Assembly: GCA_000090985.2 (NCBI GenBank)
Contig: CP001328.1
Location: 306,318-338,317, forward strand
Origin: Micromonas sp.
Lineage: Eukaryota
Length of the DNA stretch: 32,000 bases
Direction of reading: 5' to 3'
Below are positions 17,292-27,300 of the stretch, piece by piece. Numbering within the stretch: position 1 is the first letter of the stretch; every line of letters begins with the position of its first letter. The position numbers and the translations under genes are program-made. The notes beneath the pieces were generated by a model. It was given only the letters and a program-made list of their open reading frames with translations, searched no databases and was not told the DNA's origin.

Positions 17292-17310
17292 GGCGGGGGG
17301 TTTCGGGTTT

Positions 17311-17378
17311 GCGGACCACCGGGACGCGGACCACCGGGACGCGGGCTCGGTTTTTAGGTCTACGTTTTAGGTCTGACA
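17311..17378. repeat. Two short tandem duplications in the SET/PRP17 convergent 3' region
   Basis: gcggaccaccgggac x2.3 (17311-17344), followed by ttttaggtct at 17352 and again at 17365. Confidence 0.85.
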
Positions 17379-17413
17379 TAAACACGTCTTTCATGAGGTC
17401 GTCGTCGTCGTCG

Positions 17414-19436
17414 TCAGTCCCAGTACTTGATCGTGCCGTCCCACGAGCACGTCGCGACTTTCGACGTCTCCAGAGGGTGCCACTCGCACCCGATCGTCAC
17501 CTTGTCGTGCGCCTTGAGCGTCTTGAATATGCGCCGCGACTTCCAGTCCCAGAATATGCACTTGCCGTCGGCGTCGCCGCTCATCAGGAATCGCCCGTCG
17601 GGGGAGAAGTTGGGCTGACACGCGTATCCGCCGTTGGCGTGCCCCACGAACCGCTTCTTCGTGTTGAGCCTGAACCGGTCCTTGGCGGAGTATATCATGA
17701 TCTGGTTGTCCAAACTCTGGCACGCGAGCCACTGCTGATTCGGCGACAGCGTCACCGCCGGCATCGAGTGCATGGACGGGTCCGCGATGTACTTCATGAC
17801 GACCGGTATGCCAAACTCCCAAACCCGCATGGACTTGTCGTCGGACGTGGTGACGAACCTTCGGCCCTCGTCCACGAACGTCACGGTGTTCACCGCGCCC
17901 AGGTGCTGATCGTACTCCTGGACCACGTCGCCGGTGTTCATGTCGTACTGGACAATCTTCTTGTCGCTCTGCGCCGCCATGAGGATGTTCTGCTTCTCCG
18001 GGTGAAGCACCGCCGCGTACGCCATCTTACCCGAGGTGAACGTCGAGATGACCTTGCCCGTCTCGGTGTCCCACAGCTTAATCTTCTTATCGTGCGAGGA
18101 CGAGACGAAACGAGCGCCGTCGCTCGTAAAGTTGATGTCCTTGACCGCCTTGTCGTGGCCGAGGTAGGTGCGCATGCACTTGCCGGTGTTGTGCACGTCC
18201 CAGATCTTGATCTTCGAGTCCATACCGGCCGAGAGGATGAGGTGCCCGTGCCTCGGGAAGAACCGAATCGCCTGCACGCCCTTGGTGTGCCCGCTCCACG
18301 TGTGGATCAGACGCTTGGGCGCGTAGCAGTGGTCGTTCTCCTTCTTCCTGTCCTTCGGCGGCGCCAGCCAGCTCTCCCCGGCGTAGTTCCGCTCCTCCTT
18401 GCCGTGGAAGAACGACTTCTCACCCGCGGGACCCGCCCCGCCGCCGCCGCCGCCGCCGCCCACGCCCGCGCCGTCCTCGTCCTCGCCGCCGCCCGCGCCC
18501 CCCTCCTCGTCCTTGAGCCGTCCCTTGCGCCGCAGATTCGCCTCCCGCCGCGCCGCGTGCCAAAGAACGTACTCCTTCGCCTCCTCGGTGAGCTCGTCCA
18601 CCGTCAGCGGCTTCGTCGCGTCCCTCGCGGGCGCCCACGCGCTGCGGTCCCTCGCGAGCGCCGCGACGCCCGGTCCGCCCCCGGCGCCCGGGTCCGCGGC
18701 GACCGCCGCGGCGAGCACCTCGTCTCGAACCTTACGCCGCTTCGCCGCCGTCGACGTGAACACCGTCTCGCCCGCGTGCGCCGCGATGGCTGCGGCGTCG
18801 CCCACGTACGCGCTCCCGTCGGGCGCCACCGCGTACCCCAGCGCGTTGAACGTCTGGAACTGCTCGTCGAACGCGTGCTTGTTGACGTGCGCCCACTCGA
18901 CGTGGCCGGTGGCGTGGTTTCGCATCTGTCGCGACGCCCCCGCGGGATTGAACGGGTGCGCTGGGCCCGCGATTGGCTCGTGCAGGTCGTCGTACTTGAC
19001 GTTATAGTAGATCTTCTTCCTCGCCGGGTCTGTTGCGCGTGTGTGGGGTGGGGTGGGGACGCGTGAGCGAGGGGACGCGTGAGCGAGAGGTGGCGGGGTG
19101 GAATGGGAGGTTCGGATCGATCGAATCTCGGTTTGGGGCGTAGGGTTACGCGCGCGCGGGATCCGTGGCGTGCCGGTCGGGGGCGCGGGGGTGGGTCGGG
19201 GCGGTGCGGGGCGCGCGCGTACCGTGCATATCGCGCGTGGACGCGAGGCTGACCAGCCGCGCGTCCCCCCCCTCGCCCGCGACCGCGAGGCCCGCGTCAT
19301 TGACGCGCGGCGCCAGGTCCGGCACCGCGTGCTTGGCTCGTAGCATCGCGGCGGTGGTGGCGACGTCGTCGTCGGTGTCGCCGTCGCCGGCGCCGCCCTC
19401 GCCGCTGGCGTCCGAGTACTGCGCCAAGAGGTCCAT
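17414..19436 (-). CDS. PRP17: Pre-mRNA splicing factor PRP17/CDC40 (WD40); complement(join(17414..19029,19223..19436))
   Basis: Exon 2 encodes seven WD repeats (HTKGVQAIRFFP..., GHDKAVKDINF..., LGAVNTVTFVDEG...) ending ...CSWDGTIKYWD. Exon 1 (MDLLAQYSDASGEGG...LASTRDMH) ends at G|GTACGC. The acceptor is GCGCAACAG|AC and the junction is phase 1. The splice restores DPARKKIYYNVKYDDLHEPIAGPAHPF, collinear with the conserved PRP17 N-terminal motif (human DPAVKEVQYNPTYETMFAPEFGPENPF). Confidence 0.88.
19030..19222 (-). other. PRP17 intron (193 nt), containing a 16-nt tandem duplication
   Basis: GTACGC...GCAACAG on the minus strand. On the plus strand, ggggacgcgtgagcga is repeated at 19055-19070 and 19071-19086. 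Confidence 0.8.
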
Positions 19437-19688
19437 CGTCGTCGTGTGCCTCCGCGCTCCTCGCTCTACCTCTCGACCCGCGGGGCGCCAGGGACCTTCG
19501 GCGGTCTGGTGGTGCCTCTCGCGTGAGTGATCGTCAATCGTCCGGCCGGCGCGGGCGCGATTGAGGCGGGAGAGCACCTGGGAAGCTGCTGGGCTCATAA
19601 AAAATATTCTAATGAGTGCTGTGCCGGGATCGCCGTAGATTTAAACCGCCGAATAGACCTTCGAAACTCTCACGACTATTTGCCCGTA

Positions 19689-19705
19689 CACGTCACGTGC
19701 ACGTC
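19689..19705. promoter_or_regulatory. Clustered ACGT-core elements including a perfect G-box (CACGTG) in the PRP17/FtsH-like divergent promoter
   Basis: cACGTcACGTGcACGTc lies within the only AT-richer patch of the 430-bp intergenic region. This is a motif match only. Confidence 0.25.
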
Positions 19706-19866
19706 TGAAATCGCGCATTCCCGGGTGCTATCCAAAGGCGGCTAAAACCCTCAAGATTCTAGGTCAGCTCCCACAGCAACCGCGCGACTCGGCTCGGAGC
19801 GCCGCGCGGATACGAGGCAGACGTGGACGGATCGCGCATCGGGGAAGGCTCGACGCGAACTGAACC

Positions 19867-22800
19867 ATGAGCGCGACGCGTGCGATGCTCGCGGCCGGCG
19901 CGGCGACGGGCGCGGGAGCGCGCCAGGCTTCGATCGCCCACCGCCCGGCGAACGGTACCGCCCGGGGCCCGGTGGCTCCCGCGGCGGTTCCGCTGCGCCG
20001 CGGTGCGCGCGCCTGGGGCGCCAGACCCCGCGCGCGGAGGTCCCGCGCGTTCATCGCCGCCGCCACCGACGGATCCGACGACGGATCCGACGACGCCGCG
20101 CGCGTGGATCCCGCCAGCTTCGGCAGGACCGCGCGCCGGATGACAATCGTCGAGCGGGGCGTCGACTCGGGATCCTCCATCCGCAGGACCGCGCAGGCGG
20201 CGGTCGTCGCCGCCGCCGCCATGTTCGGCGGCGTCGGCGTCGCGCACGCGGCGGCATCCTCCTCCGCGGCCGACGCCTCGCGAGGAGGAGCGACGTCGTC
20301 CGTCGTCGGGCCGTCCCATCATCGCGGCGCGGCTGATCGCGACGCCGAGCTCTTCCAGATCGCAGACGCCGACGACGACAAGGAAGCGGCGGCGCGCGCG
20401 AAGAAGCTCGCCGAGGTGCGCCGCATCAAGCAGGCTCGCAAGGAGAAGATGGAGGCGGCCAAGAAGAAGAACAAGGGCGAGGACGACGACAAGGGCGGTA
20501 AAAAGGGCGGAAAGGGGGGGAAGGCGACGGCGGAGGACAAGGAGCTCGCCAAGGAGCTGGCAGAGAGGAAGCGGCAGTATCGCATCGAGGCTGCCAAGAA
20601 GAAGGCTTTCGCGGCTGCCCTCGAGCGCGAGCGCGCGGCGGTCGCGGATGAGCTGGATTCCGAACTCCCAATCGACGAGTCGGCGTACGCTTCCGAGGAG
20701 ACGTACGAGGAGGACGTCGTCGAGGAGGGGAAGGGTAAGGAGGGTATGTTCAAAAAATCCAAAAAGGATGAGGACGCTTCGGGCGAGGAACGTCGCGGCC
20801 TGTCCGTCGGGGGCATATCCCTGCCCACCTTCGGGCTCTCCGCCGAAGAGCGGGCGGAGCGGGCACATGAGAGGGCGTATAGGGAGGCGTTGAAGCTGGA
20901 CAACGTCGATCGCGTCATGTTGGGCGACGAGCCCGAGCTGACGGTGAAGCAGAAAATAACCAAGTTCCTGGACGAGAACATCCCGGTGGGGCGGTTCACG
21001 CGCAACGTCAACCTCACCTATCTCCGCGACCCGTTCGCGGTGAAGGGCACGAAGTGGGCGCCGTGTGAGATGTCGTACACGGGATTTTACGACCTCTGCG
21101 AGGTTGGCCGTGTCAAGAGGGTCGAGTACATGCCCAACATGAACACGGTCAAGTTCTTCCTGTACGACACCGACGAGGTGTTCTACGCCAACCTCCCTTA
21201 CGACCCGACGCTGTACAAGCTGCTGATCGAGAAGAAGATCGACGTCATCAGCAAGCAGCACTCGCCGTTAGAGCTGTTCTTCCGGGGCCTGGCCCACGCG
21301 GGAGCGCCGATGATATTGCTGTGGTTCATCTTTGTAATCTGGCAAGATATGAAGGAGGACACCACGGAGGGTACCACGCTGATGAACACTGGCACGGCGA
21401 AGACGTACAGCTCCACCCCGGAGTTCGGAATGAACATGGACGACATCGCGGGCATCGACGTGATCCGCCAGGAGATGGACGAGCTCATCTCCTACCTCCG
21501 CGATTACCAGAGGTACGTGAGGGCGGGCGCGTCCATCCCCATGGGCGTCCTCCTGTGCGGACCCCCGGGAACGGGCAAGACTTTGCTCGCCAGGTGCTTG
21601 GCGGGCGAGGCCGGGGTGCCCTTCTTCGCGTGCGCGGGCACCGAGTTCATGGAGATGTTCGTGGGCGTGGGCGCGGCGCGCATTCGCAACCTGTTCAACC
21701 AGGCGCGCAAGTGCCGCCCGTGCATCATCTTCATCGACGAGTTTGACTCGGTCGCCGTGCGCAGAAAAGACGCGGCGGCGATGGAGGGCAACGACGAGCA
21801 GGTGGCCACCATCAACCAGCTCCTTACCGAGATGGACGGCTTCGGCGGCAACAGCGGCGTGATGGTGTTCGCCGCGACGAACAGGCCGCACGTCATCGAC
21901 CCGGCGCTGATCCGACCCGGCCGCTTTGACCGCGTGATCGAGATGCCCCTCCCCAACCGAGAGGCCCGCATGGACATCATCGACCTTCACTGCTCGTATC
22001 AGGTCTTCGAGGGCATGATCGACCCCGACCTCGACGTCGCGCTGATCGCGAGGCAGTGCGCGGGATTCACCGGCGCGGACCTCGAGAACCTCGTCCGCAC
22101 CGCCGCCCAGCGCAACTCCGCGACGCTCAAGAGGGATAGAAAGCCCGCGGGTGACCGGGTCTTCCTCGACGTCATCGACGAGATTCGCCGCTCCAACGTG
22201 TTCAAGGCCACCGGCCAGGGCACCGTGGGGGAGACGGACGACACGACGGAGAATGCGCTCATCCAGCAGATGAACCCCTACATCCGCGACGTCATCTGCA
22301 CCTACTACGCGGCTCAGACGCTGGTCTCGATGATGGTTCCCGGTTTCGACGAGGTGGCCAAGGTGAGGGTGTTCGCCGCGGGCGAGGAGTCTGGCCAGGT
22401 GGTGTACGTCCCCGACGAGGTTGGCTCGTCCGGCGCGTCGAACGTGAAGCGCAAGGCTTGGTACGAGGCCAAGATCGCCGTCCTCGTCGCCGGCCAGATG
22501 GCGGAGAGGTACCTCTACGGACCCGACAAGGTTTCGCAATTCGGCAACCTCGACATGCGAGAGGCCACCGCGCTGGCGTGCGAGATGGTCATGATGCACG
22601 GGTGGTCGGACATCGGCCCGATTTGCGTTCTTCGCGCGGACTCCACCGAGGAGAAGTACCTCAAGGGCGGGGTGAACAAGGGGAGCCAGACCGGGGGCAT
22701 GGACTCTGGGCGAACCCGCGGTAAGCTCTGGGGCATCCCCCCCGGAAAGGACGGCACGCTCGCCGAGGGCCGCAAGGCCAAGTACAAGGAGGAACCCGGA

Positions 22801-23421
22801 TTGGAGCTCCAGATGGAGCTCAGCGACGAGCTCGACATGCTCATCGCCAACGAGGTTCGTAAGATATTCATCAAGGCGTGCCAGCGAGCGGTGATGATCA
22901 TGCACGATCCCAAGGGCACCGAGATGCTCTTCACGCTCCGCGAGGCTCTCGGCACGGCCAAGGAGGTCAACGGCCCGAACCTTCGCGCGGTGTTCAAGAA
23001 GTTTGGCCTCCACAAGCCCCCGAACTTCGACCTGTGGGACATCAACTGGGGTAAAAACGACGAGCTGTACTGGGACGAGTTCACCGAGTACATCTGGGCG
23101 GACGACGCGTCGAGCACCACGTTCTGGAAGCTCGTGTCCGACCAATGGCGTCGCACGGTGGCGGACCCCACGGCGTCCGTCGTCGCCGGAGACGGTTCCA
23201 ACTCCGTTCCGCCGGACGTCCCGGAGTGGGCCAAGGAGTTCGTCAGGTCCTTACCCGTCGGGGGGCAGGAGGAGATGCTGATGTACGCGCCCAAGGAGGT
23301 TCAGGACAGGGTACGGGACGGCAAGCCGGCTGTGTACACCGGACCGGGGTTCGGCACGAGGGACGCTCGAGTCCTTCGAGGCGAACTAGACGACACCATC
23401 CCGGCGAAACCGACGGAGTGA
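19867..23421 (+). CDS. FtsH-like AAA+ protein lacking the M41 zinc site (FtsHi-type pseudoprotease), plastid-targeted
   Basis: 1184 aa. N-terminus is transit-peptide-like (MSATRAMLAAGAATGAGARQASIAHRP...). A Lys/Glu-rich coiled-coil stretch follows, then a TM segment APMILLWFIFVIW. ATPase motifs are present: Walker A GPPGTGKT, Walker B IIFIDEFD, SRH TNRPHVIDPALIRPGRFDR. The M41-like domain aligns to E. coli FtsH ([30 protein letters not shown] against CTYYAAQTLVSMMVPGFDEVAKVRVFAAG). HEAGH is therefore replaced by YAAQT (nt 22306-22320). Confidence 0.88.
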   Translation: MSATRAMLAAGAATGAGARQASIAHRPANGTARGPVAPAAVPLRRGARAWGARPRARRSRAFIAAATDGSDDGSDDAARVDPASFGRTARRMTIVERGVDSGSSIRRTAQAAVVAAAAMFGGVGVAHAAASSSAADASRGGATSSVVGPSHHRGAADRDAELFQIADADDDKEAAARAKKLAEVRRIKQARKEKMEAAKKKNKGEDDDKGGKKGGKGGKATAEDKELAKELAERKRQYRIEAAKKKAFAAALERERAAVADELDSELPIDESAYASEETYEEDVVEEGKGKEGMFKKSKKDEDASGEERRGLSVGGISLPTFGLSAEERAERAHERAYREALKLDNVDRVMLGDEPELTVKQKITKFLDENIPVGRFTRNVNLTYLRDPFAVKGTKWAPCEMSYTGFYDLCEVGRVKRVEYMPNMNTVKFFLYDTDEVFYANLPYDPTLYKLLIEKKIDVISKQHSPLELFFRGLAHAGAPMILLWFIFVIWQDMKEDTTEGTTLMNTGTAKTYSSTPEFGMNMDDIAGIDVIRQEMDELISYLRDYQRYVRAGASIPMGVLLCGPPGTGKTLLARCLAGEAGVPFFACAGTEFMEMFVGVGAARIRNLFNQARKCRPCIIFIDEFDSVAVRRKDAAAMEGNDEQVATINQLLTEMDGFGGNSGVMVFAATNRPHVIDPALIRPGRFDRVIEMPLPNREARMDIIDLHCSYQVFEGMIDPDLDVALIARQCAGFTGADLENLVRTAAQRNSATLKRDRKPAGDRVFLDVIDEIRRSNVFKATGQGTVGETDDTTENALIQQMNPYIRDVICTYYAAQTLVSMMVPGFDEVAKVRVFAAGEESGQVVYVPDEVGSSGASNVKRKAWYEAKIAVLVAGQMAERYLYGPDKVSQFGNLDMREATALACEMVMMHGWSDIGPICVLRADSTEEKYLKGGVNKGSQTGGMDSGRTRGKLWGIPPGKDGTLAEGRKAKYKEEPGLELQMELSDELDMLIANEVRKIFIKACQRAVMIMHDPKGTEMLFTLREALGTAKEVNGPNLRAVFKKFGLHKPPNFDLWDINWGKNDELYWDEFTEYIWADDASSTTFWKLVSDQWRRTVADPTASVVAGDGSNSVPPDVPEWAKEFVRSLPVGGQEEMLMYAPKEVQDRVRDGKPAVYTGPGFGTRDARVLRGELDDTIPAKPTE

Positions 23422-23557
23422 GTGGCGGATCTCGAGTAGGATCTATGCAGGCGCACGCGGCTGTTAGCGCTAATCTTACTTATGATCGCAACGACGAAAC
23501 GTCGGAAACTCGCTGCTCGCTCGAGTGTCGCCCAATCTATCGGATACACCACTCATC

Positions 23558-24151
23558 TCATCTCCAGGTGCAGTGCGACCCGAGCGCGCCTTCGCTGCCG
23601 ACGAGCCCGCCGTTGTCCCAACCCGCTCCGCTGTGCCTCCAGTCGAACTCCGGCTTGATCCGCGGCCCCTTTCTCTTCCCGTTCGCGTCGTGACCGTCGC
23701 TTCCCGCGCGCGCCTTCCTCTTGTCGAACACGTACGCTCTCTCGCCGTCTTCTCCCACCACGCGCTCGAGGTTCGCGGCGTTGGCGTCGAGCCTCGCCTG
23801 CGTCTCGCGCCTCGCGGCGGCCACCTGCGCGTCCGTGCCCCGGATGACGAGCCTCGCGACGATGCCGCGGACCCTGGCCATGGCGTCGAACTTGCCCGCG
23901 ATGTACTCCAGCTCGGCTCCCGTCTCGCGCGCGATGTCGGCCGCGCTCGCGGTCACGATGGAGGACTTGTGCTGCGGGAACTCCACCGTCTCCTCGATCT
24001 CATCCTCGCCGGTGGCGCGGCCCCTCTTGGTACCGCGCTCCTCACCGGCATCGTCGACGTCGGCGAGGAGCACCACCTTACCACCCGCGTCCGGATACTC
24101 CTCGTCCTCGTCGTCGGAGGAATCGCTCTCGTAATCCGCGACGAGGCCCAT
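23558..24151 (-). CDS. Hypothetical acidic protein (start 24151 or 24220)
   Basis: The ORF has GC3 bias and two in-frame ATGs. The product from 24151 begins MGLVADYESDSSDDEDEEYPD and ends with a basic tail (KRKGPRIKPEFDW). I recognise no family. Confidence 0.55.
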   Translation of the reverse strand: MGLVADYESDSSDDEDEEYPDAGGKVVLLADVDDAGEERGTKRGRATGEDEIEETVEFPQHKSSIVTASAADIARETGAELEYIAGKFDAMARVRGIVARLVIRGTDAQVAAARRETQARLDANAANLERVVGEDGERAYVFDKRKARAGSDGHDANGKRKGPRIKPEFDWRHSGAGWDNGGLVGSEGALGSHCTWR

Positions 24152-24335
24152 GCCGCTCGTCGCGGAGTGACGGCACGTCGTGCCCCGCGGGGGGCTGCTC
24201 CGTGGCGATTGATCGAGCATCGAGGGCCGCGTCTAACTTTTATGACTATCTCGAGCCTTCGCTTCAAACGTCGCCAGACCAAGCGGCGCGGCCGGGAGGA
24301 GTCACAAGCGCGTTCGGGCGCCTCGCTCACTCACG

Positions 24336-27300
24336 ATGACGGCGGAGACCACGGAGACCGCGATGCTCAAGGCCAGGCGGTTCGCGGGCATCCTCAGCTC
24401 TGAGTCCTCGGGCGTCATGGCGACGATGCGGCAAAACTCGCGATGGGCGCTCTCGGGCATGGCCAGCTACGGCTACGGCGAGCCGGAGGAGCCCGCGGAC
24501 GACCCGATGCTGGAGGAGTTCAAGGCCATGCGCCGGCGCCTGTTCACGTGGAGGAACTGGGACGAGGTGTCGCCCATCGCGTACCTCGCGCCCTTCCTTC
24601 AGGTGGTGCGCAGCGTCGAGACCAGCGGGCCAATCACGGGGTGAGCACCGCGGCCCCACGATCTAGCGTTTTCCCGGCGGGCCGCGTCGCCCGGATCTGA
24701 AGCCGAGCGATCGAGACCCGGGGCGGTTCCCATCCCCGCGGGACGACGTCCCAGGGCGGGATCTCGCCCCCGCGAGTCCCGCCCAAGCGCCGCCGCCGCG
24801 CATCACCCGCGCCGCCGCTCCCCCCCGCGCCCGCCTCCGCCGCCCCGCGCGCCACCCGCCACCCACCTTCAAAATATTTCCCTCCGCGCCAACTCACCCA
24901 GCTCCCGCCCCTTTCCCCCACCCGTCCCCACCTCTCAGGATGGCGCTGTCCGCCGTGCACAAGGTTCTGAAGCACGGGCTCATCAGCGAGCACAACCCCG
25001 ACGCCGCGGAGGCCATGCACTGCATCGCCGACGCCGTCACGCTGTGCCGGTTCGAGGCGACCGATCCCGACCACGACGACGTGGTCCTGTCCAAGATCCT
25101 GCACGTGCTGCTCGAGTCCGTGCGGTGCCCGACGGGCGCGCTGCTGTCCGACGACGACGTGTGTAACATCGTTCAGGCGTGCTACAGGATCGGGCACCAG
25201 AGCGGCAAGGAATCGGCGCTCCTCCGCAACCTCTCCAGGCACACGCTCCGCGAGATCGTGCAGAGCGTGTTCAGGCGGCTGCCGCGGCTGAGCGACGCCG
25301 TGGAGCACCGAGGGCACCACATCGACGCCCCCGCGCCCCCGAGGGTTTCGACCGAGGGTGCCGAGGGTGCCGTCGACGGCAACGCGCAGGGTGCCGAGGG
25401 TGCCGTCGACGGCAACGCGGAGGAGGCGGAGTCGACGAATGAGCCGGAGGTGATCAGCCCGAGGGCAGTCGCCGAGGACGCTACGGAGCTCACGCCGCAC
25501 GGCGAGCCCTTCGGCCTGGCGTGCGTCCTCGAGATCTTTCGGTTCGCGTGCTCGTTCATCTCCCTCGACGACCCGGCGGACGAGAACGCGGAGACGATGT
25601 GCGCCTTTGGGCTGCAGCTGGTGCTCTCCTCGCTGGAAACCGCGGGGGACGATTTCGCGAGACACCCCGCGCTGCTGACGCTGGTGCAGGACGACCTGTC
25701 CCGCGCGGTGCTCGCGGTGGCGCCCGCGGGTAACCCGCCGGTGCTCGCCGCGACCGCCGCGACGGTGCTGCAGATGTACATGGTGATGCACCACGACCTC
25801 AAGCTCCAGCTCGAGGCGTTTTTGAGGGTGGTGCTGCTGCCGCTGGCGGAGGGGCCGGGGCTCTCGAGGGCGCCCGGGGCCAAGGCGGACGCGAGCGACA
25901 CCTCGGCGGAGTCGCAGAGGATCGCGCTGGAGTGCATAGTCGACCTGTGCCGCCAACCCGAGTTTGTCCCGGATCTGTACGTCAATTACGACTGCGATCT
26001 CGAGAGGCCGAACCTCTTTGAGGAGGTTTGCGCGCTCCTGTCGAGGAGCGCGTTTCCCGGGGAGGGCCGGGCGCTGGGCCAGACCAACCTGCTGTGCCTC
26101 GAGGGCCTGCTCGCGATCGTCGCCGGGATCGCGGATAGAAGCGCGGACGCCCCGCCCGTCGACGGCTTCCTCGTCGACGGCGAGGTGGACTTCACCGCGC
26201 CGTCTTCCGGGGGCGTGTCCGACGAGTCCGACCCGAGGGAGGTGTGGGCGGCGATTGACGGAGGGTCGAGCGCGGCGTCGATGCCCGGCGGCGTGCAGCG
26301 CGCGCACAGGCTCAGGCGCAACCGCGACGTCAAACGGCGGCTGATCTCCTGCGCGGAGCACTTCAACAAATCCCCGAAGAAGGGATTGGCGTACATGCAG
26401 GAGATTGGGTTGCTCCCGGAGCCGCTCGAGGCTAACGCCGTGGCTAGGTTTTTTAAGCACGCGCCGGGCTTGGACAAGGAGACCCTCGGCGAGTACCTCG
26501 GAGATCCGAAGGATTTCATGGTGGAGGTGCTCAAGGAGTACTGCGCCACCTTCGACTTCCACGGCGTGACGCTCGATAAGGCGCTTCGAAGCTTCCTCGA
26601 CGGCTTCAAGCTCCCCGGCGAGGCGCAGAAGATTTCCAGAATTTTGGAAGTTTTCGCCGCGAGGTATCACGAGGCCAACCCCGGCGCGGTGGCCGACGCC
26701 GACAGCGCGTACGTGCTCTCCTACTCCATCATCATGCTCAACACCGACCAGCACAACCCGCAAGTCAAGCGCAAGATGACTCTGGAGCAGTTCATCCGCA
26801 ACAACCGCGGGACAAACGGCGGCGAGGATTGGCCCAGGGAGACGCTCGAGTACATCTTCGAAGCCATCGCCACGGATGAGATCAAGCTCGAATCCACCGA
26901 CACGTCCCCGGCGCTGTCGCAGTCCAGGTGGAACGACATCGTGCGGGGGTGCGCCACGGGCAAGGGGCGCATGATGACGGCGGTGGCCACCGACGAGGCT
27001 TGCATGTACGACGGCGAACTCTTTGGCATCGTGTGGAGCCCCACCGTCTCCGCCATCGCCGTCGTGTTCGACCACCCGGTGGATGACAGCGTGCTCAAGG
27101 AGGCGCTCGACGGGTTCCTCGGCGTGGCGCGCGTCGCGGGGCACCACAGGCTCACCGACGTCATGGACTCGCTCGTCGGAACCCTCTGCAAGTTCGCCTC
27201 GCCGTCCTACGCGAGCTCGGGCGGCGCGCAGGGCGGCGGGGAGAAGATCAAGCCGTCGGTGCTCTTCGGCAACGACGATCGCGCCAGAACCGCCGCCGTC

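Noticed and set aside
17222-19066. 614-aa plus-strand ORF antisense to PRP17
   Set aside because: Arg/Val/Leu-rich shadow ORF. The minus strand encodes an unmistakable WD40 PRP17.
19759-23145. Two long minus-strand ORFs (19759-21261 and 21268-23145) antisense to the FtsH-like gene
   Set aside because: No domains and a composition typical of antisense translation of GC3-rich codons. The plus strand has Walker A/B, SRH and an M41-like domain.
23482-23504. SECIS-like ATGA followed by hairpin cgacg-aaa-cgtcg downstream of the FtsH-like gene
   Set aside because: The stem has only 5 bp. The distance from ATGA to the loop does not match that from the loop to the GA, so no non-canonical quartet can form. 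The upstream gene has no in-frame TGA.
23537-23560. Selenocysteine read-through of the TGA ending the acidic hypothetical protein (..HCTWR-TGA-DEWCIR-TAG)
   Set aside because: Read-through would add only six residues. C-x-x-x-U is not a known redox motif. I could not fold a SECIS element (AUGA..AA..GA with a helix of about 12 bp) in the 136-nt spacer on that strand.
6108-24938. Repeated introner elements (as reported for some Micromonas genomes) among the seven introns
   Set aside because: Pairwise comparison by eye shows no extended shared sequence. The introns share only C-richness on the coding strand, short (GATC)2 cores and common splice and branch motifs. A single window cannot support an introner call.
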